Counted from the whole stretch's first letter, positions 1 to 14,359 are shown. The stretch: DNA of 63,654 bases, filler included, from Octopus bimaculoides (GCF_001194135.2; 6 parts of 6 records of this genome joined end to end with filler, not necessarily neighbours in it); one strand, 5' to 3'. Notes: generated by a model from the sequence alone, not told the origin. Translations and numbers: made by a program.

Positions 1-259
1 TAATTAACCGAAAGCATGTTTTAGAATATTCATGAATAACTTTAATATATAGGTACATAATAATTAATTTTCGACTTATTGTCAGGTCTTTATGAAGCGA
101 ATCTTTTTTTGTATGTTACACTTTTATTGTCAAAATAATTTTCATAAATATAGGTACACCAATGAATATATCAGAAGTGTAGATCTGTTTATATATATTT
201 TTTAAATGCCAGCCATATGGCATAAACATGTTTTATGTGAACTCAATTTTTACTATATT

Positions 260-474
260 TTTATTTCTTTATTGCCGACAAGGGGCTACACATAGAGGGG
301 GCAAGCAAGGACAGACGGAGGGATTAAGTCAATTGCATCGACCCCAGTGCGTAACTAGTACTTATTTAATCGACACCGAAAGAATGAAAGGCGTCATTTG
401 AACTCAGGATATAACGAAAGCAGACATACCGATAAGCATTTCGCCCGGCGTGCCAACGATTCTGCCAGTTTGCC
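260..474 (-). mobile_element. tRNA-derived SINE, family A (variant tail)
   Basis: Reverse complement begins ggca-aactggcagaatcgttggcacgccgggcgaaatgctta...gagttcaaatgacgcc (pol III A/B-box-like); same body recurs about 10 times in the window. Confidence 0.8.
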
Positions 475-504
475 GTGCTAAGTTTTTCTATATATTCTTT
501 TCCA

Positions 505-706
505 TTCAAGGCACAAGGCTTCAAATTTTTGGGGAAGGAGCCTGTCGATTAGATCGACCCCAGTACGCAAGTGGTACTTATTTAATCGACCTCGAAAGGA
601 TGAAAGGCAAAGTCGACCACGGCGTCATTTGAACACAGAGCGTAACGACAGACGAAACACCCTAAGCATTTCACCCGGCGTGCTAACGTTTCTGCCAGCT
701 CGTCCT
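505..706 (-). mobile_element. tRNA-derived SINE, family A
   Basis: Second head-to-tail copy; shares gtacttatttaatcgac...gaaaggcaaagtcgac...gccagctcgtcc with other copies. Confidence 0.8.
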
Positions 707-897
707 CCTAATTTTTTTTTTATATACATTGCAAGCAAAATGATTGATGTTTGACGGTAGACGAAATCTCCAAGGTGTATTTCCCAATGTGATTTTTTGA
801 AAATTTGCCTTGCTGCATGTGTACGTTAATGCAGAACCGGAGATGTTCGTCATTTCTCCACATATAATTGTCTTTGGAGAAAGCCATTGAGCAACCG

Positions 898-942
898 CTA
901 TTTCCTATCACTTTTTCGAGTCATTTGCATTAGCTGCCTTTT
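898..942 (-). CDS. Candidate terminal coding exon of unidentified minus-strand gene (KRQLMQMTRKSDRK*)
   Basis: Acceptor gtttacag|, phase 0 matches exon 1108-1205, TAG at 898-900. No homology recognised. Confidence 0.3.
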   Translation of the reverse strand, partial: KRQLMQMTRKSDRK

Positions 943-1107
943 CTGTAAACTTTATGCAATTCTTGCGCAAATCTAGCAGCGTGATGAAATGATGCAGAAT
1001 GACAGCAGCTAAATCCGATTAATTATTCTAAGAAAGCTATACAGTGCTTCATATAAAACCAGCCCATCTGCACACATGTGACACAAAGTTACCAACTTGG
1101 AACTTAC

Positions 1108-1205
1108 CTCCGTCTCCTGCTGTTCAAAGATGTATCTTCGCAGAACTTTTGAAATAATTTGTGGATTATGAACCATCTCACTGTTCTTCACTTCCTTGTT
1201 TATAC
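1108..1205 (-). CDS. Candidate internal exon (xINKEVKNSEMVHNPQIISKVLRRYIFEQQETE)
   Basis: Acceptor gaactttag|, donor GAG|gtaagt; only the phase-1 frame is open; 98 nt. Confidence 0.4.
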
Positions 1206-1349
1206 CTAAAGTTCAATAATCCAGTGAGCTATTTGATGGCTTCTGAAGAATTTCAACCCTGATTTTAATATTACAGAAAGCCTTGAAAAAATGCATTAAA
1301 TTAAATATATAGACATACACGAGAACAGACACCGGCACAAATACATGTG

Positions 1350-1398
<49 letters not shown>

Positions 1399-1940
1399 AT
1401 GCCTCACGCTTCGAGGGACTAAATAAGTCAAAAACTACCCAAAAATAAGCAACATATTTACTGAAAGCGAGGGAATGCAGCTTTCAAAATTAATCTCTTA
1501 AAAATATTTAAGTTAACGGTAAACCACTGGTTTCTCAATCAATGCAGAAAAACTGTGAAGTAACCTGCATCCTTTGTTCATCAGTACACGTATGGTCGAG
1601 ATACATAAACATAAACAAGAATCAACATACCAAGATGTACCCAACACAGTACGATGATTTCTGTTCATAATTATATATCCGTGAAAGAGATTTGAATTTA
1701 TCCGGTTGCATCTCAGTAACATGTGCTTATACAGAATAATATTCAGCACTGAATATATTCTAATTATTTATTACTACACAGTTAATGCCATTATATAAAT
1801 TATATATATTTATGGAAAAAAATGCTGAATTTGTTTTTCATTATGAGGTTTTTTTCACGCTGACTACTTGATAAATTCTTATAAAGATTTTATCCTATAT
1901 TATATTATATTATATTATATTATATTATATATATATATAT

Positions 1941-1998
<58 letters not shown>

Positions 1999-2030
1999 AC
2001 AGACTGACAGACAGATATACACATACATAC

Positions 2031-2114
2031 AAAGGTCTATTTGGAGGCCCACACTTCCGAGTTCTTCTACAGAGCTTAGAAAGACTGAAGGACCGCTGCA
2101 ATACGTGTGGGTAT
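2031..2114 (-). CDS. Candidate internal exon (xTHTYCSGPSVFLSSVEELGSVGLQIDL)
   Basis: Strong acceptor ttttaccctctcag|, donor T|gtatgt; 84 nt, phase 1-1, joins in frame to 1108-1205 (..IDLCINKEV..). Confidence 0.35.
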
Positions 2115-2181
2115 CTGAGAGGGTAAAATAGTGAATGAAATCATAATTAAGTTTTCCTCCTACTATAGTTTCTTTTACTGA

Positions 2182-2212
2182 AAGCCATGAACTTTTCAGC
2201 GACGCCTCGTAT
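2182..2212. mobile_element. Isolated mariner-type terminal inverted repeat fragment
   Basis: aaagccatgaacttttcagcgacgcctcgta; reverse complement starts TA-CGAGG..TGAAAAGTT, typical of mariner termini. Confidence 0.4.
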
Positions 2213-5139
2213 GAAAGTCGCTGTTCTCGTTGTCTATCGACTTCTTGGGGACCACCATACGCCGAATATATTTTTCTTTCTCATTCATACGCTTGGTAAA
2301 CGCTATTTTCCAAACGCTACTGAAGTCAGACATTATATCTCTCATTCTGCTGAACTTGCAACTGAACTCCAAGAATATTTCTCAGTCTTTGGGAATTTAA
2401 GAATGTTATAGGCGCTATTTCTCATTCTCTAACTAATTAAAACTATTCAATTATTATCTATTTGATGGCGAATTTTACATATTTAGAGTTACAAATGCTT
2501 TCATGTTGTTAATATTTCTACAGCAGTCATAAATTCAGCATTTTCATAAAACGAACTAATTAGTCTAATTGTAAATTCGCAAAATCTTGTAGACATTTCG
2601 TCTATATCAGAACTTTTCATTTATGTCAATCGCAAGAACGAGAATCAGAACCAAAAATGCGACAGTTTGACGTATTCCAGCATTATGTTCAGTAAACGGA
2701 CATTGGGAAAATTGCATGTCACATATTGCAGATAGTTTAAATATCGCACAGAAATGAAACATGAGAGAATTTAAGATATTAATGATAGATTTACTTTGGA
2801 TGCTGGTAGACATGCAACTTTACAGATACACAAATGAGTATATTCATAATTTTCATGATTTGGTTATTTGTCTAATAAATCATATAATATAAAGTTTCCC
2901 AGATTATCACAACATTCTTTATATGCATACTACTGAATAAGAATAATTGATGTGTATATATGTATATATATACNNNNNNNNNNNNNNNNNNNNNNNNNNN
3001 NNNNNNNNNNNNNNNNNNNNNNNNNNNNNNNNNNNNNNNNNNNNNNNNNNNNNNNNNNNNNNNNNNNNNNNNNNNNNNNNNNNNNNNNNNNNNNNNNNNN
3101 NNNNNNNNNNNNNNNNNNNNNNNNNNNNNNNNNNNNNNNNNNNNNNNNNNNNNNNNNNNNNNNNNNNNNNNNNNNNNNNNNNNNNNNNNNNNNNNNNNNN
3201 NNNNNNNNNNNNNNNNNNNNNNNNNNNNAGACAAAGACAGACAGACAGACAGGCAAACGGACAGATAGATATATGCATAAATAGATAGATAGATAGATAT
3301 ATAGATAGATAGATAGATAGACAGATTCTTGCTCACATATATCAATAGAAATAAACAAAAACCATAATGCATAAGCCTCCCATGCTTTCGTGTCATTGTA
3401 TGGGTGTGGTGTTGTGTGGTGTGTGTGTGTGTGTGTGTGTATGTGTGTGTGTGTGTGTGTGTATGTGTGCGTGTGTATTTATACATGCGATTCTATTTCG
3501 AATCTTTATGTGAATATAGATAATAGACAATACAGATAATTGAATCGATACGGTGAAATATGTGTTCACAACAGTTACTAAATAAAGATAACGCAGAGAT
3601 TTGAAGATGATGTGAAGAATGAAATAATAACGTGAAAATGTTTTTCGGAGTGTCGTCAAAGTTTCGCTTGCCAGACAGTATTACTTCTGTATCTGAACGA
3701 ATTCCATAAATGATTGAAGCAGAAGGTCGCTTTTACAGGTGAAAATCCAATTGAACGTGAGGTGGCAATGTTTTAGAAGTAGTTTAGTCAAAACAGATAT
3801 TTGCTGTAAAAGAGAGTCCATCTTTCCTATTTCTTGTAACTTGCATAACTATCATTTTCCGAAAATGAAAGGAGTTGCCATAGGTTCAGTCTAATATACA
3901 CGCATATAACAAAGAGCTCACACCGGATCATGAATACATACACACACACAAATGCATATACATACACGCATATAGATATCTCAGAAATAGGTGTAAGGTA
4001 CTAATTACGTGTCATTTAACTTCCTCTAATTAAAATCTCTAAATGACCTGAGGTACCCGCCCTGCCTTGGTTTTGCTATCCTTTTTCCTCTGATATCCTG
4101 AATAATCCGTAAGCGATAAATTCAGAGACAATGAGTATTCCTTTTAGTTACCTTACTGTAAAATGATGCAGTAACTGCAATATTAGCGGAGGCACTATTT
4201 GTCACACTTCTGAATGATTATTTAATTTTAACAAGCGTTTCATCATATACGGTGGTGTATCAATATGGCCACAGCTCTGAGCTGAAACTATAATATATNN
4301 NNNNNNNNNNNNNNNNNNNNNNNNNNNNNNNNNNNNNNNNNNNNNNNNNNNNNNNNNNNNNNNNNNNNNNNNNNNNNNNNNNNNNNNNNNNNNNNNNNNN
4401 NNNNNNNNNNNNNNNNNNNNNNATATATATATATATACGATGCCTTGAAAAAAAGCTGCAGTGTATATAATCAATACAATAAATCAAGCAATATGAAATT
4501 CAGACCAGTTAGATAATTCAGATGTTCTACAGTAAATAGTGAATGGAAAGCTAATATTACGTTGATGCTGATTCGGTATACTTTATAAATTTAGTCCAAT
4601 TTTGAAGATTTCGATTAAATTCTATAAGATGGACTGCAATTTGAGGATTTAAAAACAAGGCAATTATATATACATATATATATTTCTAGTTTAGAACAAG
4701 GACTCCAAGTCTGCTGGGAAAAAATATACTAAAGAAATCCAAACACCGGTTTTATCATGAATGAGAAGGCATGGCTCAGATTTTATTCACAAATCGACTA
4801 AAAAGACATGTAAGAGAGATTGAGAAATTCCGTTCCGAACTAGTCATTTAGTTTACGATCCCACTGCTCAGCACCTGATAATATTGTGTTCAGAGATAGC
4901 TATGGATTACACGCTTACCTTGGAGGTTGAAATATGCCGTACTTAAGACATTACGCATTTAGACGTAGCACAAAAAATTCCATATAGGATCTGGCAAATT
5001 TGTGCAGTTAAGGTGTATGCTAGTTCTGTCACACTGAGTGGCAATGAGGACATTTATACTTTACGGTAACCCTGGGGTGAATAAATTTTGTTCTTTAATC
5101 TGTTAGAAGGAAATTTGAAAAAAACATCTTTCCCCATAT

Positions 5140-5345
5140 TTCTGTGTGCAGTGTTTGTCTCCCGCCACCTATTCACAACCGGTCTTTGTTTATCTACGTT
5201 CCGTAACTTACCGGTTCGGCGAAAGAAGCTCAGGAGATATGTCCCCAGAATTCTAAGAAAAGTAAGTGGAGCGGGGGATTTGTTCGATTAATCCCTTCAA
5301 AGCAGTACTCGATCATGACAGTAGCTTAATGATTGAAACCAGTAA
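5140..5345 (+). mobile_element. SINE family B, 3' half
   Basis: gtttgtctccc..ccgtaacttaccggttcggc..gtggagcgggggatttgttcgatta..atgattgaaaccagta matches 3' half of fuller copies at 29.8k and 32.3k. Confidence 0.65.
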
Positions 5346-6101
5346 TACATAAAACATTTTAAAAGACATGTATGAAAACAATATATAATTACAAAAAATA
5401 AAGAATGAAAACACAACCACATTTTATTGTTGAATGTCAAACCTCAATGTGGCTTTTATTTGCACGAATATATTATGAAGGAATGCAGATTCATCGTTGT
5501 ATTCTCTACGTGTAGTGCTTCTCAATATATTATGTAATGGTTTCCGTTTATATTCACGGGAGCAATGCACTTACTGTACTCAGTACTCGTCCTGTTATTC
5601 CTATCACCAATCACTATTTTACGTAATAATAACGGACAGAAAAGATGGTTGTTTAGATTAATCTGTATAATATTTATTTATATTTTACTGTGTTTATTTA
5701 TAGGAGAGAACTTGAGATATTTGCTTTTAGTGCTGATAGTGTGAAGAGTCATTTGAATGGTTAGCAATTTCTTTTGACAATCGACTGCATCAGTGCTTTA
5801 TGTGTTAGAAATATGAACAAATATATATGTTTGTACGTGAAGCGCACACACGCACATTATGTCGCAGCCTATTTACGTTCACACAAACACACGTATTTTT
5901 GCATATATATTTATATACACATATATGCGCGCATGAGTTGGCGGTGTTGCGTATGTGCGTGCGTATATGCATGGATATTTGTAAGTGTGTATGTAGCACT
6001 ATATCTATGTATGTCTCACTATATATGGAGAGAGAAAGAGAGAGAGAGACTTAATGAGTGAATAAGCATCTATATATATAGGTGTGTTTGTGTGTGTGTG
6101 C

Positions 6102-6175
<74 letters not shown>

Positions 6176-6366
6176 ATCTACCTAGCTATCTCACAATTTA
6201 AGTGTGTACATGTGTATATATGTATATGTATATATATATACATATACATACATATATACATACACAAACACACATACACACACACACACACATACATATA
6301 TATATATTTATATATATATATATATATNNNNNNNNNNNNNNNNNNNNNNNNNNNNNNNNNNNNNNN

Positions 6367-6398
<32 letters not shown>

Positions 6399-6419
6399 GG
6401 GAGAGAATACTTAGATTAC

Positions 6420-7215
6420 TAGGATAAGTTTGTGTCGAAGTTGACTGGAAACGATACATAATCAGTTCTTGGGAACCATAGCACATTCGAGCAAAGAGTT
6501 ATTGTTTTCAGAGACATATCCAGGTGTGGGTGGTTTATCTGATATTGGTTGGAGGTAATCACCTAGGGACCGTTTGAATGCATGATTTTGAAAAGAGCAG
6601 GGCCAGTTGAAGTGAAAAAGCTCTGCCGTAGTGTTGTCATACGATACGAACATGATTTCTGAAGTAGACGGGTGACACGGGAGACAAGCCAGAGATGAAT
6701 GTTAAAGATGTTACCTATGTCATTTGACCTAGGTTGATGGAATATCTTCCACAACATACAGATGATATAGCGTTCACGGCGGCGTTGGAGGGAGTGAAGC
6801 TTGCGCTTTGTGAATCGATCCCAAGAGTTAAGGGGATTTTTTTTTTGTGTGTGTATTCTCTGGTTGGCTTCAAGTTTCATTATATTCTCTATCATGTGGG
6901 CGGACCAGAACAGACAGCCATATTCAATGTGAAAGCGAGCAACAGTAGAGAAAAACAGAATAATGTAGGGGCGTCTCTTGACCGGAAAGTGCTGAAGATC
7001 CATGAGCACACCTTACGAGCCATGTCAACTTTGCCTTTTATGTGAGCACTCCAACTTATATTCTTATCAACAGTAACATCCAGGTGTCTAGCAGTGCTGG
7101 ACACCACGAATGGAGGGAAGAGTGTTTGTCTGTTGGAATGCGGTTTCGTTACCCAAGTGGATATAGGTTGAACTTTTTCTCGTTTAGCTGCATATGATGT
7201 CTCTCTGCTCATTTG
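6420..7215 (-). pseudogene. CR1/L2-clade LINE ORF2 C-terminal remnant, frameshifted
   Basis: Minus-strand translations HLDVTVDKNISWSAHI..ARKVCSWIFSTFRSRD and RFHIEYGCLFWSAH..KLEANQR..LHSLQRRRERYII match the conserved post-RT region of CR1-type ORF2; several frameshifts. Confidence 0.8.
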
Positions 7216-7227
7216 ATAACAGCTATT

Positions 7228-7590
7228 CTTTTATTCTCTTACGTGTTTCAGTCATTTGACGGGAGCCATACTGGTTCTCCATCTTTTAGTTGAAGAAATC
7301 GACCTTTGCACTTATTCTTTTTAAGCCTGGTACTTATTCTATCGGTTCTTCTGCCGAACCGCTTGGTTACGGGGATGTAAGCACAACAATATTGGTGGGG
7401 TGACATACACGGACGCAATGACGCATAAATATATACATATGTACACGACGAACCTCTGTGAATTTACGTCTAGCAAATCCATTCACAAGGCGTTGGTCGG
7501 CCCACGGCTAGAGTAGAAGACACTTTCCTAAGGTGCCACGCAGTGAACAGAACCCAGAGCCATGTGGTTGGGATGCGAAATTCTTACTAC
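7228..7590 (-). mobile_element. tRNA-derived SINE family B
   Basis: Reverse complement: gtgtagtaagaatttcgcatcccaaccacatggctctgggttctgttcactgcgtggcacctta..; 3' aatgactgaaacacgtaagagaataaaagaa tail. Confidence 0.8.
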
Positions 7591-7608
7591 ACATCCACAC
7601 CTGCGCCT

Positions 7609-7666
<58 letters not shown>

Positions 7667-7845
7667 NNNNNNNNNNNNNNNNNNNNNNNNNNNNNNNNNN
7701 NNNNNNNNNNNNNNNNNNNNNNNNNNNNNNNNNNNNNNNNNNNNNNNNNNNNNNNNNNNNNNNNNNNNNNNNNNNNNNNNNNNNNNNNNNNNNNNNNNNN
7801 NNNNNNNNNNNNNNNNNNNNNNNNNNNNNNNNNNNNNNATATATA

Positions 7846-7886
<41 letters not shown>

Positions 7887-9338
7887 TTGTTTGTGTGTGT
7901 CTTTGTGCGTGATAGTATGCGTGTGTATGTGTGTCCCTGAACGTACGTATGTGTACATGACTGTACAGATATCAGCGTGTGGCTGAGTAGTAAGAGAGTT
8001 AAGCAAACTTTGTTTATATCGTTTCACACAACATTGATAGTATTGTTTTAAGAAATGTTAGATATTTCTAAATCTATGAGATTACAACTTACTTTTATTT
8101 CATTTTTTTTTCTATAATGTCTAGAAATGTCATCTCAAATTTCACGACTACAGAAATGTTTATGTGAACTATTTCCCAGTAGTAAATTATTCATATCGTT
8201 GTCTCAGCAATGTTAGTATTGGAGACGTTTTATTATTGCTAAATAATGTCGATATGGTTTATGATCGACATATATATACGCTGGAATTTTTGCACCGTTT
8301 TTAGAGAAATAATCACTACAAACTTTGCTTATAGGTGATTCTTTTATTTGCAATATTTCAAATTGCAGACACGTCAAGTTTAAAATGGCTATGTCACTTA
8401 TGCTGTTTGAATAGAAACAAAAAAAAATATTGTTACTTTTATCTGTGTGAGACAAATAATATGGAGCAGCGCTTTATGGTTTGTAATACGCTGAATCCAA
8501 TAAAAGGATTTCGATATCTATCGCACTTGCTACGCTGCCACTTTGAGAATACATGTAAATATTCTGTGAAAGTAGTGTAAATTGTTTTCAGACCATGACT
8601 GACAGCCTTCCCTTGAGAATAACCAACACATATTCCTATAATTTATTTTATATTCTAGCTAGAAAACAATAGGTATATAAAAACTTGAAAATAGTACAAA
8701 ATTTAAACCTGCGAGCTTTCCTTTTACAACTATCATTTATAACTATACTGATAATCATGATATTGAAAGATGATCAGCCGATAACACCTCGTGCCCGCTC
8801 ATGTGTTACAAATAGTGTGGTTGTTGTTGTTGTTGTTAATGTGTTTAGCATAAGACGAATCGTGAGCAACCAGAAATCGGACCGGAGGTATTTCAATATT
8901 GAAACAAACATTTTCCTGTCGCATGTGAATTGCATCTGGTAACATACTATAACATGTAAACTGTTCTCGGACCCTCTAAGTAAATAAAATTATCAAATAT
9001 GCTGTTCCCTGGAGTAACGCTCTCAATACACAATTTGGTAGGTATTTTGATTTCTATACTGGGCTTGTGACTGCGTAGATTGTCCATTGTTTAAAGTCGC
9101 TAGTTATTACGTTATTTCAGGCAGCCTGACCTGATACTGACGTTTAAACATCACTCATGTGTCCTAAGATCTATGACGGTTAACGTTCATATTCTATAAA
9201 TTTTGTGTCAATAAAATAGCTACGAAAAAGACTGATAAGCGCCATCCACTCAGTGTAAAACTATTATATTGGTAAAGCAAAATCAATAGGTATTCAGTTG
9301 AACATACACGCTCTATATCCTTATATACGTATACATAT

Positions 9339-9377
<39 letters not shown>

Positions 9378-11216
9378 NNNNNNNNNNNNNNNNNNNNNNN
9401 NNNNNNNNNNNNNNNNNNNNNNNNNNNNNNNNNNNNNNNNNNNNNNNNNNNNNNNNNNNNNNNNNNNNNNNNNNNNNNNNNNNNNNNNNNNNNNNNNNNN
9501 NNNNNNNNNNNNNNNNNNNNNNNNNNNNNNNNNNNNNNNNNNNNNNNNNNNNNNNNNNNNNNNNNNNNNNNNNNNNNNNNNNNNNNNNNNNNNNNNNNTA
9601 TATATATATATATATTAGGTATTGACCAATAGTAAATAGTCTTTCAAGTATTAGTATCATGGTGTTTCTTTCTTCTCTATATAGTGTAGGGTTTGTGTTT
9701 GATGTCGCTCGAACAACAAGATACTTATGCCATCGGTGCTGTCTCAGTCAATACGAACTTCCAATACTAGTGCTGTCAGGTTCATTTACCTTCCACTTCC
9801 TGTGTTTACATCCTATTGATTATCCATTATTACAGTCGTATTCATAGCTGATTTCTTTTTAGACATATATCTATATTTCTTTTCGTTTTGCGTCTGATGC
9901 GATAGATACTGATTCCAATTTGTGATTGTTTTATCTCAGTGTGAAAGTAATTTTTTTCCCTCCATTTTATAAAAATACACTGGAAACAATTTTCCATAGG
10001 TGTTTTGACAAACTGGCCAAGTTTAAGGACAAGTACCAAACATTGACTATTGACTATGATAAAATAGTATCTGAATCAAATAACCATCACCTTGAAATAG
10101 ATGTTTGTTTGCTGTTCACTTTTACGATTCATAAGCAGACATATGAAATAATAATTGACGAAAATGGACGACATTAGAATGTATTGCTAAAAATCATTTT
10201 CAAGCAACTAACATAATTTCAGAGTTACATTTTATTTTATACATAATATTTGATTTCCACTAAATAAAGATTAATTTAAAACAAATCCTCTTCTTCACAC
10301 TATTTTCCTATTTCATTCTGCACTTTGCCTTCGGCTGGGCTGAGCAAAGCAAAACCTTTGAAGAAACTACGTAGTTGTAGTGACAACACATATACTACTA
10401 ATGATATACATGCAGCTGAGCAATGAATTCCAGCATAGACGACAATAAAGACAGCTGAACTTATCAACAATAAAGTACTTTCACAATGATATTATATTAA
10501 TCAGTTATATTACAATACGATTTATTAAATAGGCGCTGCGTCATATACAATTTTTCACAATGAACAGATAACATAAACGAATAATAACATTTCATTGATT
10601 CAAGTCACAATCTGAATAGCAAAAATATATTCACTCGTGCATTCATACATATATATGTATGTGTGTGTATTTGTTTGCGTGCGTGTGTGTGTGTTTGCGG
10701 GCGCGTGTGTGTATGTGTGTGTGTGTGTGTGTGTGCGTGTGTGTATGTGTGTGTGTGTGTAAATATAACCATGTCGGTCTTTGTGTAAGAAAGAAAATGA
10801 AGGAAAGAAGCTTCGGGAAACCTCGACATTGTAGAAGTGAGAAACGTTTCCAGGAAACGGAGTAGTACCACTATTATGGCTTCCAGGTGCTTTTGTTTGT
10901 TTTCTGTTAATCATAAGACATAACTGTACATCTTTGTTAATTATTTGTATTTCTGTTCTCCTAATCTGCAATCTACACTTCGAAAATACTATAGAAAGTA
11001 ACGTTTTATAAAAAAGAAAGTGCACGTCTGAATTATCAAGTGCGGATATCTTCACTTAGCTGGATTGAGTTGTCTGCACATACGGCAGAAATATTAGATA
11101 CAGACACCCCTACACGGTGTCTTGATATTCATTATTCAAATAATATTGTTCAGGTTGCGGATTATACGGAACTAGCAAGGTGCATCAATTCTATTACTTA
11201 ATTCAACAGAATCTTA

Positions 11217-11260
<44 letters not shown>

Positions 11261-11535
11261 TGTGTGTGCGTGTGTGTAATAGTATAAGTGTATCTCAATG
11301 TGTAAATAAGAAAGTTTATTTGCTATCTTCCATTGTAACGTCAGCCGTGTCCGCTGATTTAGCCACCAAAATATTTACTACATAATCAATTCATTTTTTA
11401 TCCCTTTGTCCGAAATTGCTAGAAGTGTCTTTATATGTTTTCCAACATAACTGCCTTGAATCTTTGTGTAATAATAAAATATAAATACAGCAAAATAATT
11501 TTTGCTGCATCAGGCGTTATTTATTGATAATGAGT

Positions 11536-11845
11536 GGAGGTAAAATGGCCCAATGCTTAGGGCAGCGGAATCGCGGTCATAGGATCACGGTTTTGATTCC
11601 CAATCCGGGCGTTGTTAGTGTTTATTGAGCGAAAACACTTAAAGCTCCACGAAGCCCTGGCAGGAGGGGGTACTGAACTCTACTGTACTCTTTCGCCACA
11701 ACTTTGTCTCACTCTTTCTTCCTGTTTCTGTTGTACATGTATTTGAATGGACAAGCATTGTGACACTCTGTGTCATGCTGAATCTTCCCGAGAACTAGGT
11801 TAAGTGTACACATGTCTGTGGAGTGCTCGGTCACTTGAAACGAAT
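11536..11845 (+). mobile_element. tRNA-derived SINE family D (diverged copy)
   Basis: ggaggtaaaatggcccaatgcttagggcagcggaatcgcggtcataggatcacggttttgattccc; aligns by eye with 51227-51603. Confidence 0.75.
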
Positions 11846-12278
11846 GAAGTAGTTCTGAAAATATACGAAGAAAGTTTGCCATGTATGACGAACAGCCACC
11901 TTTTTAAACCAGTAATCCCTCCCCTGATCGCGGGTTACTTATCGCTCCTCACCTATCGCGGTTTATTATTTAACCTTACGTTGATGCCTCCGTGGTGTTG
12001 TTTTTCATTTATTATNNNNNNNNNNNNNNNNNNNNNNNNNNNNNNNNNNNNNNNNNNNNNNNNNNNNNNNNNNNNNNNNNNNNNNNNNNNNNNNNNNNNN
12101 NNNNNNNNNNNNNNNNNNNNNNNNNNNNNNNNNNNNNNNNNNNNNNNNNNNNNNNNNNNNNNNNNNNNNNNNNNNNNNNNNNNNNNNNNNNNNNNNNNNN
12201 NNNNNNNNNNNNNNNNNNNNNNNNNNNNATATATATATATGCAGTATAGTGCTGTTTCTACTAAGTATGCATACACCA

Positions 12279-13033
12279 AGGGTTCCTCCACAATGAAATA
12301 AAATAGCGCACGGAGAGAGGATGTATGCCCTTCTTTGCTCTCACGTCTCACGAATGAACCATTTTTGGTCCGAATAGTGACTGCTGACGAGAAATTGGTT
12401 CTCTACAAAAATGCCCAGCACCAAAAACAGTGAGTAGGGAAAGGAGAAGCACCGGCGCACAAGGGTAAAGGAGGTCTTCATCTACGTAAGGTATTGTTAA
12501 CTGTTTGGAGGGATGCGAAAGGTTTAGTCTACTTTGAACTTTTAAACTGAAGTCAAACCATAACAAAGGAGATCTATTGCGAACTGCCTGAGAGACTAAA
12601 GTCAGCGCTAGAAGATAAACTACCATCTTTGGTTCAAGACAAAAGGGGTTCTTCCATCAGGATAATGATCGGCTACATACAACGAGGATGACATTCCAAA
12701 GCCTGCAGCAGTTTGAATGGGAACCGATGCCTCACTCAGCATATACGAGGTACATCGTCTCATCTGATTATCATTTATTCCGCAGTTTTCAGAATCATTT
12801 TGACGTGGAAAAAAGGATTTCTGTTGACGAAGTCAGAACAGTACTGGGGGAGTATTTTTCGTCACGGACAAGTGAATTTTGGAAGGCTGGCCTTGCTGGT
12901 CTACCAGATATACGGAAGAGCATTGTAGAAAATGAAAGAGAGAATATTTCAGATTACAAAGGACATTTTTCCATCCCAATTTTGAAAAATAAAATAAGTA
13001 TAAAAAACCCGTATTATTTATGGGATGACCAAG
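12279..13033 (+). mobile_element. Mariner (DD34D-type) transposon remnant: catalytic domain pseudogene plus 3' TIR
   Basis: Translations SLLSRLTNEPFLVRIVTADEKLVLYKN (Asp at 12386), HQDNDRLHT (12661), SSDYHLFRSFQNH (12766); stops and frameshifts; TIR ..gtattatttatgggatgaccaag followed by TA at 13034. Confidence 0.88.
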
Positions 13034-14292
13034 TATTTTGCAGTAAGTTTAGACACAGAGCAACTTATGAAAGGAATGTCTCATCACACCTGCAGCGTTG
13101 CCTGCTCCATTGTCAAAAGTGATTTTATCAAAAGAAAGTACCCTGTTTTCTTTTCTATGATATTGATTGTGAATGGATATCACTTGAAATGTAATTTTAT
13201 AATGAAATACTATGGGAAATAACTTAAACAAGTCCGGTTAGTGAATCCCAAGTAGTAAACGAATAAAATTGATATACCTAATAAATATCGCATAACATCA
13301 ATGATTTAAAGTTCGTCCAACTCTATGGGTTTTCTCAGCCGTTGTTTATTTCGTTATCATGATGTCAAACATAATTTATCAAATGTCCTCTAGGAAATAC
13401 ACGCAGTGACACGTCTGCATTTTACTGTATTCCCATCATTCTTTTGTAATAATGAAAATAATTTCATTATCATATTTGACAACATGTAAAGGGAAAGTAT
13501 CTTTTCCAGAAAATTGTCTCAAAACACAAACTTTGCGTTCTCTATGCAATGTTGAGTTTTCCATAAGTTTTAATACACTAAAATCGTTTTTCTTTAATAT
13601 ACAGTACTGAAGATTGGATGCAATTAATATGATAGTGCATCGTTTATGTGTTCAAATGCTGTAAATATAGTTGCAAGTGTGATGAGAGTAATGTTCCTGA
13701 ACTAAACTATCTTTGTTTTCTTCTTGGAAAAGTAAACGAGATCACATAGGATGTAATGCAAATTCAACAGCAATAGAAATTCGGTAGAGAAATTCGTTGT
13801 TTTCATGGTAATAGTACAAAGGTAACAATTCACATGTTTCAGTATGATTAATCCTCTTTTTGAATGTATATTTTAAACAGAAAAATACGATTAATATAGT
13901 ATTATGCATGATAAGCATCTGTTATTTGAGATGCTGTGAGTAGTGAAACTAATTATTAAGAAAGTTAATTGGTATGAAAGCTTTCAGTAAAAACACTGGA
14001 AGTGTTTAGAGCATGTTTTAATTAACATTAATACTAGAAAAGAATGATATTCTTCAAATAAGAAATGTGTAGGGTGAACATGTGAATGAATGACTACAGT
14101 AAATCGGTTTAGACACGTTGTGGTTGAAGAGTGTTTTTTTTTTTTTTTTTTTTTTAACCACGGTGCTCATTTCAGATGCTTGTTAAATGAAACATATTTC
14201 GAAGAATTATCGTTTTATTTCGTTGCCACGTTACGGAATTCTCTGTGATCTAACTTGGTGTTTCCAAATCGCATTTTCTTTTCTTAAGTCAC

Positions 14293-14359
14293 CTGAGATC
14301 GCAAGTTCTGATACTTATTTTTACTTCAGGATCTGTGAGAGATAAAATCGTTTCTTCGA
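14293..14359 (-). CDS. Weak candidate exon (xEETILSLTDPEVKISIRTCDL)
   Basis: Acceptor ttattcttcttctttag|, donor CAG|gtgact, open phase-1 frame; decoy sites are common in this sequence. Confidence 0.22.

Noticed and set aside
2187-2411. 74-aa plus-strand ORF MNFSATPR..
   Set aside because: Its start lies in a mariner TIR fragment; no motif or supporting splice pattern.
12383-12410. CTGACGAG hammerhead-like box
   Set aside because: Lies inside mariner coding sequence (TADEK); no downstream GAAA-stem III-UH or stem I.
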